Shown here piece by piece: positions 13,019 through 23,605 of a stretch of 64,000 nucleotides of DNA (the first letter of the stretch is position 1; each line of letters begins with the position of its first letter). This DNA is from Pristiophorus japonicus. Its lineage: Eukaryota. The notes under the pieces are model-generated. The model did not search any database. It was not told the DNA's origin and saw nothing but the letters and a program-made list of their open reading frames with translations. A program made the position numbers and the translations under genes. The DNA is taken from NCBI RefSeq assembly GCF_044704955.1, contig NC_091993.1:117118001-117182000 (forward strand), given 5' to 3'.

Positions 13019-13067
13019 CAGGTAACGAAACAGTGATGACGATGATAGTAAATGCAATGTTTCTCAT
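13019..13067 (-). CDS. Gene A exon 1 (signal peptide MRNIAFTIIVITVSLP+G)
   Basis: ATG, hydrophobic core, phase-1 donor CTG|GTAAGG; joins exon 2 to give ...VSLPGSHG-ISGP, parallel to gene B. Confidence 0.75.
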
Positions 13068-13475
13068 GTTTAAAAAGATCCAGCCAATATCGCAGACAGA
13101 ATGACACTTTGTACAGTCCTGTTTTATTCAGGAACTGTGTACTCCCTCCTATCTGGGAGGTAGAAATCATGGACTTGGCAATAATGAAATGTTTGCGATT
13201 AGTTGCGCAAGGGCTACTGCGAGGTCATCTGTTACCCAAAGCAATGCTGGTCATGTCACTCCAGTTAGCGGTTTGAGACTTTGCTGTATCAGGTGATATT
13301 CTAATAGTCGCTCATTTACATCTCTTGCCCACCTTTCACACACCCAATCACAACTATAGCCTGCCCACAAGTCTACGCATTCACTGTCACAAATATCGAA
13401 TACACAACTGAAACATTCTATTAAACAGACTGCACTGCATTCATTCTATGACAATGAAAATACTCAAAATATTTT

Positions 13476-14103
13476 GGGCTGGATTTTCGGTCGTCTGCCG
13501 CTCCTCTTAGCGCCCCGGAGCGGGCGGCAATGGCGGCGGTGAGCATTTGCGTTCGGGCGGCAAGTTTCCAGCGTCCCGCCGGGACATTCGGTGCCAGTAT
13601 CGACGGGACACGGAGCATTGCCGCCCGGAAGTGGCGAGCCGGTGTGCAACGCCCCTGGTGGCCGCCCGACCCTTAGCGCTCTGAAGCGCGCCCTGGTGGG
13701 AGCGCCTGTGAAAGCTGCCATTCCGAGCTGTCGCGGCCGCAGTGAGGTAAGTGATGCTGACCGCAGGTAAGTGTGATGTTTAAAAAAAACGTTGCTTCGC
13801 GATTTATGATGTGGTGGTGTGAGCTATGTACTGGGGATGTATTAGGTGGTTTTTGTTCAGGTATTTCCCCCCCCCCCCACCACCCTCCCCGGGTCTCTGT
13901 TACGGCGCTCCGAGGCCGGCTGTTTAGCTTGGGATATTTCCTTGCTCAGCCGGCCTAGCACCCTAAAAGAGGTGTGAATGCCTCCCTTAGCACTCTGCTC
14001 CAAACCCCGGGCCCAGCTGACGAATCTTACAGTGGCTGGTGCAAAATTTACTGCCCCCCCCCGGGACACCACCCCAACTGAGGCGCAACCAGATTTCTCC
14101 ACC
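13476..14103. mobile_element. CpG-rich non-autonomous element related to 11760-12354
   Basis: Shared block CCGGCCTAGC..CCCTAA.AGAGGTGTG..CCCTTAGC.CTCTGCTCC; GGGCTGGATTTT start. Confidence 0.6.
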
Positions 14104-14339
14104 GAATTTAAGAATTACAAGAAGCTTAGTTGGCATGGGATAATGATGTATTTGGAGGATGAAGTGGCAGATACTTATATTACTGCCTACATATGTTGTT
14201 TGATCACTAAGTTCTGTAAAAGCCAAGCGATTAAACTGGGTTTTTCAGCTAGTTGGATAACACTCCCAAATTCCACCTCCATCCCCCCTGGATTTCTGTA
14301 CCAGTATCTGGGAGTATATGACTGATGTGAATACTGCTG

Positions 14340-14865
14340 TGTCAGTTGTGGCAGCTCTGAGTCAGAAGATTGTGGGTTCAAGTCCCACTCCAGAGACTTG
14401 AGCACATAAGGCAAGGCCGACACTTCAGCGCAGTGCTGAGGGAGTGCCGCACTGTCGGAGGCGCCGTCTTTCAGATGAGAAGAAAATGAGGCCTTGTTTT
14501 CCTTCTCAGGTGGTCATAAAAGATCCCATGGTACTATTCGAAGAAGAGCAGGAGAGTTCTCCAGGTACGCTTATCCCTTAACCAACATCACTAAAACAGA
14601 TGATCTCATTGATGAAGGGTCATCAACCTGAAATATCAACTGTTTCTTTCTCCACAGATGCTGCTTGATTTGCTGAGTGTTTCCAGCATTTTCTGTTTTT
14701 AAAACAGATGAACCATTCATTTATTTCATTGCCGTTTGTGGAATTTTGCTGTGCTCAAACTAGCTGCCACGTTTCCTAGTGACTTCACTTTAAAAGTAAT
14801 TTATTAGTTGTAAATCACTTTAGGATATGTGAGGTTCTGAAAGGTGCATTATAAATGCAAGTCTT
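14340..14865 (+). mobile_element. DeuSINE with a short Penelope-like insertion (~14605-14700)
   Basis: SINE head, body and tail; TAAAACAGATGA repeated on both sides of the insertion. Confidence 0.8.
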
Positions 14866-14915
14866 CCATAATTCTTTCTGTGAAGTAGAAGTAACTTCTT
14901 ATATGCTTTTGTTCC

Positions 14916-15281
14916 TGTTATATATGCAGACTATAGATATACTCTCTGTGTAGTCACTGTATAGTTGCATAAGATGGAGACTTGGTACCTGATGTACTAT
15001 CAATAAGGTTTACACTGTGTATATACTATGCTGGCACCACTCGAGGGTGTAACTGGTGGAGACCGGGGTTTCCTGCCCCTGTGGCAGAGGCTGTCCACCA
15101 GAGGGCACTGCAGTGGGAGACCTGAGGGTCACCTGCATAGGTGTGCCGGGCCCAGTGTAAAAGGCTGCACACCATGCCTGTGCCTCACTCTGGAGTTACG
15201 AATAAAGGACCAAGGGCACTACAGTTTGAGTACAACACATTACCTCGTGGGGTCATTCATAAGTGCATTACAGACATAATA
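14916..15281 (+). mobile_element. Solo LTR (Gypsy-like)
   Basis: TGTTAT..CATAATA ends, TATA-like GTAAAAGG, AATAAA at 15201, degenerate 5-bp TSD GTTCC/GCTCT; shares CCTCACTCTGGAG block with the LTR at 55987. Confidence 0.7.
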
Positions 15282-15534
15282 GCTCTCTGGCTGGTTTGGG
15301 CTTCAGTGTTCCAGGGAAAAACCCTCCTTTGACACAAAGAAATGCTGTTTCCCTGACTCTGTTGGGTGAGGCTCTTGGACGCCTCTCAGGAAAGATCCTT
15401 GAGCTTTGGTGGAACTTCTTGCAGGGAGTCAAAAATGGACATGACTTGTTCACCAAGCAGCCTCCTCCAACTAATCGATAGCTCGGACATCCTTTTTTGA
15501 AGGGGAGGTGAAAATCCTGATATTTGTAACCAGT

Positions 15535-16235
15535 GGGACTCAGGAGAGGTCGGGGCCCAGGAGCGAGGTCAGGAGGAGCAGCAAGGTCGGGGCCCTGCAG
15601 TGAGGTCAGGGCCCAGGAGCGAGGTCGGGGCCCAGGAGCGAGGTCAGGAGGAGCTGGGCCTGGGAGAGGTGTAGTGAGGTCGGGGCCCAGGAGCAAGGTC
15701 GGGGCCCAGGAGCGAGGTCAGGAGGAGCAGCAAGGTCCAGGCCCAGCAGTGAGGTCAAGGCCCAGGAGCGAGGTCGGGGCCCAGGAGCAAGATCAAGGCC
15801 TAGGAGCAAGGTCGGGGCCCAGCAGCGAGGTCAGGTGGAGCGAGGTCAGGAGGAGCAGCGAGTTCAAGGCCCAGGAGCAAGGTCGGGGCCCAGGGAAGGT
15901 GCAGCATGGGCCAGCAGCGAGGTCGGAAGAGAGGACCTGTGGGAAGGAGGGAGGGGGACAGTAGGAATATGTGTGTGTGTGGGTGTGCTAGGCCCATTCA
16001 GCAGAGCCTGGTCTGCAATCGTCTTTGATTAACTTGCCATTGGACCAAGACCTTATTCTGTCAAGTCCGTGTGGTGGCTGGTGAACAACGGCCACCCCAC
16101 GTTAAAAGAATTCACGCACAGGCATCTTCCACCCTTTAAAATGAAAGTTGGGACCTGGAACGTCAGCACCCTCATGGCTCATCAGTCACCTGAGAACTCC
16201 TATTAGTGTGGAAGCAAGTCATCCTCAACTCCAAG
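15535..16235 (+). mobile_element. Non-autonomous RTE-tailed repeat with expanded GC-rich 5' minisatellite (GGGCCCAGGAGCGAGGTC units)
   Basis: 3' part shared with 6146-6442, 20288-20555, 35105-35560, 40310-40740, 62520-62745. Confidence 0.7.
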
Positions 16236-16337
16236 AAGATTTGTAACCAGACAAACCTGCCAAGAATTATTCCCTCACCACCATATCAAACCATCCTGAC
16301 GTGCAATTTTGCTATCATTAGTCTAAAGCCTAACTTA

Positions 16338-17228
16338 AGAACATAAGAATTAGGAGCAGGAGTAGGCCATTCAGCCCTTTGGGCCTGCTCTGTCATTCAA
16401 TAAGATCATGGCTGATCTTCTACCTCAACTCCAGCTTCCTGCACTGTCCCCATATCTCTTGATTCTCTTAATATCCAAAAATCTATTGTCTCTGACTTGA
16501 ATATACTCAATGACTGAGCAGCCGTAGCCCTTGAGGTAGAGAATTCCAAAGATTCACAACCCTCTGAGTGAAGAAGTTTCTCCTCATCTCAGTCCTAAAT
16601 GGCCAACCTCTTATTCTGAGACTGTGACCCTTGGTTCTAGACTCCCCAACCAAAACTGTACACTATATTCCAGGTGTTGTCTCACCAAGGCCCTATATAA
16701 TTTCAGTAAATCTTTACTCTTATACTCCAATCCTTTTATAATAAAGGCTAACATACAATTTGCTTTCTTTTGTCAGCTGTGGCTCAGTGGGTAGTACTCT
16801 CGCCTCTGAGTCAGAAGGTTGTGAGTTCAAGTCTCACTCCAGGGACTTGAGCACATAAACCTAGGCTGACACTCCCAGTGCAGTGTTGAGGGAGTGCTGG
16901 AGGTGCCGTCTTTCGGTGGACATAAAAGATCCCATGGCACTATTTCGAAGAAGAGCAGGGGAGTTATCCCCGGTGTCCTGGCCAGTATTTATCCCTCAAA
17001 AAACAGATTATCTGGTCATTATCACGTTGCTGTTTGTGGAAGCTTGCTGTGCACAAATTGGCTGTTGTGTTTCCTACATTACAACAGTGACTACACTTCA
17101 AAAGTACTTCATTGGCTGTGAAGTGCTTTTAGATGTTTGGTGGTTATGAAAGGCGCTATATAAATATAAGTATTTCTTGCTGCACCTGCATGCTGACTTT
17201 CAGTGATTCATGTACAAGGACACCCAGA
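16338..17228 (-). mobile_element. CR1 3' fragment split by a plus-strand DeuSINE (16772-17175)
   Basis: CR1 tail at 16338; CR1 sequence resumes after the SINE tail. Confidence 0.8.
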
Positions 17229-17541
17229 GCAAAGGAAACTTGTAGAAGTGTACAAGGTCTATTTATGTTGAAATGGTATCATCATCCAATATTGGTCAGC
17301 AACCTAGAATCTGTTGTGAAATATTTGTGACTAGGTGTTCAGTCCCAGGAGCATCAGAAGATGCTGGCAGTGGACCTTGCACCTTGGTTCCCCCATCAGA
17401 TCAGAGGATCTGAAGGGGACAGGCAGCAAGGCAAAGGAGGGTGGAAAGGTGTTGCTTTCCTCTTGCAGCCTCCCAACAGATCATTGTGTCCAAAGGCATC
17501 GGGCGGGTCCCTGTCCTCCAATGGCGGATTACTTCCCATAT

Positions 17542-17850
17542 TCATCATCATAGGCAGTCCCTCGAAATCGAGGAAGATTTGCTTCCACTCTTAAAAGTGA
17601 GTTCTCAGGTGACTGTACAGTCCAATACAGGAATAACAATCTCTGTCACAGGTGGGACAGACAGTGGTTGAAGGAAAGGGTGTGTGGGACTGGTTTGCCG
17701 CACGCTCCTTCCGCTGCCTGCGCTTGTTTTCCGCATGCTCTCGGTGACGAGACTCTAGGTGCTCAGCGCCCTCCCGGATGCTCTTCCTCCACTTAGGGCA
17801 GTCTTGGAAAGGGATTCCCAGGTGTCGGTGGGGATGTTGCACTTTATCAG
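17542..17850 (-). mobile_element. RTE-clade LINE 3' end
   Basis: WRKSIREG..KRRQRKER..CPTC..IGLYSHLRTH, (ATG)n tail. Confidence 0.85.
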
Positions 17851-19730
17851 AATTACATGATAAAGACAACATTGCTAATTTGCCAAGGTCTGCACCCCGA
17901 GTTTTGGATCTGTGCTGTTGTTGGGCAAGGGACCACACCAACTCTTAAATAGCAACCCCTCTTCAACCTTTGTATTTTGAATGCAATTTACATCATTTAA
18001 CAAATGAAAGGTAAAACTAAAAGCCACATACTCAGAGCAAGTGTTTGTAAAGTTTTAATGTCATTGTGGAGGAAAAGAAAAGTACAATAATTTAAAGACG
18101 TAATAAAGAGGTTGCACACATGATAAAATAACAGGTATCTGAGTGTTAACAATCCTTCACCTTCTGCAAAGTTAGATTAAAAAAATTGTGAATTAGTCTG
18201 CTATTAGTACCTCAGTAAATACATCAGGTAAGTTGTATGTGGTTTCCTAAATAGGTTGAATGTAGCTATCACCCTTTGAAAATCAGTAACTGTTATGCAA
18301 GTCATTTCTAAACCTATTCCTTTGAATTCATGTACAGCTCTGGTTCAAGATTGATAAAACAAATAGGATTTCGAACTTTCATTTGCACAATTGCAGCCTT
18401 TAGTTTTGTTTCTGTATCTGGGAACAAATATTCAAGACTTAACAATAGTTTATAGCACAATTCCTTATCTGCAACATTTCATGTCATCCTACTGTTTATC
18501 CATTGTGCTGAAACGAACAGACTCAACGATGGAGACTATTTGTCAGCCTTAGGATTCCTTCGTAATAAATTATGAACATTCAGTTCATTCTTGGCCTCTG
18601 GTTGATTGTGTATTTGACACTATACATGTTTCTTTTTCGCAATAGTCACGTGTAAGATTTGATGCAATATAGGTTAACCGTAGAGCTCAGTAATTATTGA
18701 TCAGCTTGGCAAAGGACTGTTGACAACATGGACGAAGACTTTAATATAAATTGAAAGAAGAACTTGACTCTACTTAGCAATGATTTCATTAAAGTTGCCG
18801 ATTGGCTATGGGCTCTCAAATGTCGGCGCACGCCAAAGGTGCCAATTGCCGATCACTTTGGCTTCCCCCTCGACTGCCATCTGGTTTAAACATTAACCTT
18901 ATTCAAAAGGTAATTCTGAAGTGATTCCTCCTTACACATTACAAATTTAAATCTCCACAGGTGTGTATGGACAGTGTGCGATGTTGAATTGTGGAGAAAT
19001 TTAATTTTTGAACCTAAATAAATTAATAAAGTTTGACTTTGGTACCTTTAGGTGGAGTTTGTGCCTTAAAACCAATTTGGAAGATATCCTTTAACATAAA
19101 AAGTCACGAGCAAATTTGATTTCTGACTCTGCCATTCAGCTTATTAGTTCTATGTGGAATTTACAACTCAGAAACAGGCCATTCCCTCTAACCGTTCTGT
19201 GCCGGTGTTTATGCTCCACATGAGCCTCCTCCCACTCTATTTACGTCATCTAATCCTATCAGCATATTATTCTCTTCCTTTCTCCCTCATGTATTTATCT
19301 AGCTTCCAATTAACGGCATCTATGATATTCGCCTCAACCACTCCCCGTGGTAACAAGTTCCACATTCTCACCACTCTCTAAGTAGTGGTCCAGTCTAGCC
19401 AAAAATGGATGCATAAATAATCAAGATCTTCTCTCACAGATGCCTGTCACGATAAAAATATCCATTAATCCGTCTTTTCCTCGACAGGTGTGAATTTACA
19501 GCAAAAAGTTTTACAGGACAAATAAGCGTTAAAATGTTTCAAATAAAGTTTTGCAGAATGAAAGTGGCCCTGATGTTGCAAGGACATGGAAACAGAGCAT
19601 TCTCAGGGTGTTGCAATGGCGTTTATTTCACATCAAGAATCATCATCTGTGCTGCAGCATCACTCTGCATGCACGGAGTTACAGCAAAAGGGCAAGACCT
19701 GAGAAAATTCACCCCATTATAGGGGAGATT

Positions 19731-19858
19731 CCCAATAGCTGTAAACAATAGTGTTAACACTGCCCATTGCCAATAGCTGTAAACAATAGTGTTAACACTG
19801 CCCATTGCCAATAGCTGTAAACAATAGTGTTAACACTGCCCATTCCCAATTGCTGTAA
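19731..19858. repeat. 38-bp tandem repeat x ~3
   Basis: CCCATTGCCAATAGCTGTAAACAATAGTGTTAACACTG. Confidence 0.9.
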
Positions 19859-20287
19859 CTGAGAGCAGTGTTCGCACCATTCCTAGTTACTCAATTTTAT
19901 GATGGGCACCAATGGTAAAAGTGTCCCCCAACCAATGTTCATGTTAAGCTACAGGGCTGCGCAGCTGCCCTGAGCTGCCTCGCAGACGGGGCACCAGCTT
20001 TTAAATTAAAAAAAACACAGGCAAGTCCATTAAAGGGGCCGCACACGCAAAAAAAATCTCAAAGGAAGAACTTCCCTCTTGTTAATGAACAGCTGTGCAT
20101 TCAGATTCATGGTTTGTTTACAATAGAGCGACGGGCTGCATCTTTCTGATTTTCCAGTACTGGCTGAGCACGTCCACCATGGCTCCATCATGTTAAATAA
20201 TGCCCAGCACCCTGGGCACCTTCAGTGCAGAGAGTAACCCGGAGAACAGGACTCCGAGGGTAGTATGCCGTCAGTGTTGAATAAAAT

Positions 20288-20555
20288 CATTGTCATAGGC
20301 AGTCCCTCGAAGCGAGGATGACTTGCTTCCACACCAAAAAGGGATAAGTTCACAGGTGTTTCAATGATGGACCTAATATTCCAGATCCTGAACTACATCC
20401 TGAAGGGGTGGAAGATGCCTGTGCGTGGATTTTTTTAATGTGTGGTGGCCGTTGCACACCAGCCACCACATGGGGCTTGACAGAGCTAGGTCTTGGTCCA
20501 GTGGCCAGGATTACCCAAGACGACTGGAGACCAGTTCTGCTGCACGGACCTAGTT
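20288..20555 (-). mobile_element. RTE-tailed non-autonomous element
   Basis: Tail CATAGGCAGTCCCTCG..TTGCTTCCAC shared with the RTE at 17542. Confidence 0.75.
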
Positions 20556-20900
20556 CCACGCCACGCCAAATAAAAACAGGCTCGCTAACAGCAAGTGCAA
20601 TGACTGTAAGCGAGAAAGCATTACGGGGAACCGTTGTGATTCTCTACAAATCACTGCAGAAACAATTATTGCCACTTTGCACTAAATTGTTAAATGTCGT
20701 CAAAAGAGCAATTAAATATTATTTTGCCTACACATAGTTAATAGTCAGGAAGAAATTACGGCTGTGTATATTGTCCGGTGTTGTTCTGGTGCTGTATGTG
20801 CCTGAATGGCACAGCCACAGCCCACGTACAGGTCCATAAAAACACAGGACTGTGCTTCACCCATCCATCCATCCTTTTGTAACGTAACAAGATACTTTGT

Positions 20901-20906
20901 TTTATT
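20901..20906 (-). promoter_or_regulatory. Candidate polyadenylation signal of gene B
   Basis: First AATAAA I found on the minus strand after the stop, ~650 nt downstream; use not demonstrable. Confidence 0.3.
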
Positions 20907-21012
20907 CTTCTGCTTTCTCCCAGTTTTGAAAAGTGGCTGGCATTTTTGCCAGAGTGAGGGTGACTGCTTAGTTAAGCAGGCTGTCAGTGATACTGACTGA
21001 GATATTATAGGT

Positions 21013-21340
21013 ACATAAGAACAGGATTACCCCTTGAGCCGGTTCCACGATTCAATGAGATTATGGCTGCTTTGTATGTTAACTCCATCTACCCGCCTTG
21101 GCTCCGGAACCCTTAATACCTTTGCCTAACAAACATCTACCTATTTCAGTTTAGAAATTTTCAATTGATCCCCAGCAGCTTTTTAGGAGAAGAGAGGTTC
21201 AGATTTCCTCTACTCTTTGCGTAAAGAAGTGCTTCCTGACAGCACCCTTGAATGGCCTAGCTCTAATTTTAAGGTTGTGCTCCCTTGCTCTGGACACCTC
21301 CATCAGAACAATCGTTTTTCCCTAGCCACCCTGTCAGGTT
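21013..21340 (-). mobile_element. Degenerate CR1 3' fragment in the putative gene B 3'UTR
   Basis: Similarity to the other CR1 3' ends in the window. Confidence 0.65.
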
Positions 21341-21558
21341 CAAAGGGCACCTGAGGGCAAAGGTTGCAAGGATCTATGCCGCTGGCAAATATTGGAAAAA
21401 TGCGGGCACTCTGCCTGTGACTTTTCCGACATGCACCAGCTAGTCGCGAGGTGCAAAGTTATACTCATGCTCTTAATGGAATCATTTACAATTTACAGGG
21501 ATATCGTGCTTCAGAAAATGGGTGAGAACTAGCCTGCAGAAGTCATGTTGGAAAAAAA

Positions 21559-21750
21559 TTACTTTTTGAACACAATTGTAGAATACTCCATTGGTTCTGA
21601 AGCAGGAGTCTCAATAACTGAAGGCTTGATTGCCTCTTGACTGTTGGAAGGTTTCACGTTATCGTAAGTAGGAGCGTCCTCCTGAGGGCGATCGCTGGGC
21701 AGAATCGTCACAGTGGCATAAGTAACTCCTTCTGCCAGCTCTTTGGACAA
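21559..21750 (-). CDS. Gene B exon 6, terminal cytoplasmic exon with ITIM and two further Tyr motifs
   Basis: CCTTCAG| acceptor phase 0; VTYATV (ITIM consensus), PTYDNV (YxN), MEYSTI; TAA at 21561-21559. Confidence 0.9.
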   Translation of the reverse strand: MSKELAEGVTYATVTILPSDRPQEDAPTYDNVKPSNSQEAIKPSVIETPASEPMEYSTIVFKK

Positions 21751-22694
21751 CTGAAGGCAAAGAGTACAAGGAAGTGATTAATGGGAATGGAGCAACGAAT
21801 CAATTCAGCATTAAAATACAAAAATGAAAATTTAGATAATCTTTTATTTTAGAAAAAAACACTTTACATTACTGTACTATCTGTAAATAGGGAGTCAAAT
21901 CGATATCAAATGCAACTACTTGGGTTAATCAACAACTTTGTTTTTGGAAAGAATTTTAACCATTGCAGCACCACTCTCAAGTTCAAGGGATCACTGGCTA
22001 TTGGTCGGGCCTCCGTCACAGTTTGATGTATAAAAATGCCTCAGTAATTGACTTTTTCCAGTTCTGACAAAGAGTCACAGACCTGAAACGTTAACTCTGC
22101 TTCTCGCTCCACAGATGCTGCCTGACCTGCTGAGCATTTCCCAGCATTTTCTGTGTTTATTTCAGCAATTGACCTGGTTGCATATATTACATGGCCAAGT
22201 CTCTTAGCTTCAAGGCTGGAGTCCAGCCAGTGAAAACCCAGGCCCCAAAATTCTGCTTGGGCCTTGGGTGCTTCTGCAACAAATGGAGAGCAGGAAAATG
22301 GGGAGGTGCCTCACAGCTGAAAATTTCCCCAACGGGGAAGGGAGGAAGAGGGCAAGCCTTCCACTACTCCCCTCCCACCCCATGTCAAGGGGACATGTTG
22401 AGGGTGTGGGGGGGGGGGGGGGAGCTCACAGGCTACCCTGATAATACTGACCATTAACTCCTCGGGAAGCCTGAGCAAAATTTTCACCAGCTGAGAGCCG
22501 GTGAGAGTCCCGCTGAGGCCCTGGGGAAAGGCCCGAGAACTCGCGCAGCTGGAGGTGATCGATTACTTTAAGTGGCCCAGTGCTCCCTTGAGTTACAATT
22601 CTCCAACATGCCTTTACAGGCAAGGGCTGCCCTCCTTGATTTTACAGTGGTGGCCATGCTCTGGATTCAGGAAGGGGCCTGGGCCTTTGTCCAT

Positions 22695-23055
22695 CATAGG
22701 GACAGGAGGAGGCCATTCAGCCCCTCGAGCCTGTTCCGCCATTCAATGAGATCATGGCTGATCTGCGACCTAACTCCAAATACCTGCCTTTCCCCCATAT
22801 CTCTCAATACCTTTGTTTAACAAAAAGCTAATCAATCTCAGATTTAAAATCAACAATGGACCTTGCATTGACCGCCATTTACAGAACAGAAGGCCAAACT
22901 TCTGCCACCTTTGTGTTTAGAAATGTTTCCTAACAATACTTCTGAAAGGCCTGGCTTTAATTTTTAGACTATGCCCCCTAGTCCTAGATTCCCCAACTAG
23001 CAGAAATACTTTCTCTCAATCTACCCTATCTGTTCCCCTTAATATCTTAAAAACT
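22695..23055 (-). mobile_element. CR1 3' fragment
   Basis: Similarity to the other CR1 3' ends. Confidence 0.7.
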
Positions 23056-23239
23056 GCAAGCTCAGGTCTTGCTTTGCCTCAATGGCTGGGGGAAGAGAGG
23101 GATGGGGGAGGGAAATTGAATTTTGGCCTTTGCCCCAAGTTTTGCTAACCAATCCTCCCACATACACAATAAATATTGGGAGCCAGGCAGAAGAAGAAAC
23201 CAGGTAGTTCAGAGATTCCAAACTGCAAGCTGTAGGGAT

Positions 23240-23505
23240 AACAACAATAAATTGTATTTATATAGCGCCTTTAACGCAGTAAAACTTCCCAGGAGTGTTA
23301 TAAGGCACAAATTTGACACCGAGCCACATAAGGAAAAATTAGGGCAGGTGACCAAAACCTTGGTCAAAGAGGTAGATCTTAAGGAGTTTCTTAAAAGAGG
23401 AAAGAGAGGTGGAGAAGTTTAGGTATGAAATTCCAGAGCTTGAGGCCGAGGCAACAGAAGGCACGGCCTCCAATAGTGGAGCGATTATCATCAGGGGTGA
23501 TCAAA
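23240..23505 (-). mobile_element. L2-like LINE 3' end
   Basis: (TTG)n tail and GGCGCTATATAAAT end shared with the DeuSINE. Confidence 0.75.
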
Positions 23506-23605
23506 ACCTTAAAAACAATAGGATAGACCTGATTAGGTTAAAAATAAATAAATTAAAGTTAAAAATTGGATAAGGAATGGGAGAAAAAGAAAATAGTGAG
23601 GATGA

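Noticed and set aside
218-13067. Assigning the symbol PIGR or CD300LF
   Set aside because: Family membership is clear, but orthology needs phylogeny and synteny not available here
15268-16032. Low-complexity ORFs (GPGARSG repeats)
   Set aside because: GC-rich tandem part of a repeat family present several times in the window
18000-19150. Repeat-poor AT-rich block as hidden coding sequence
   Set aside because: No ORF of 60 aa or more and no recognisable motif; may be extended 3'UTR or intergenic DNA
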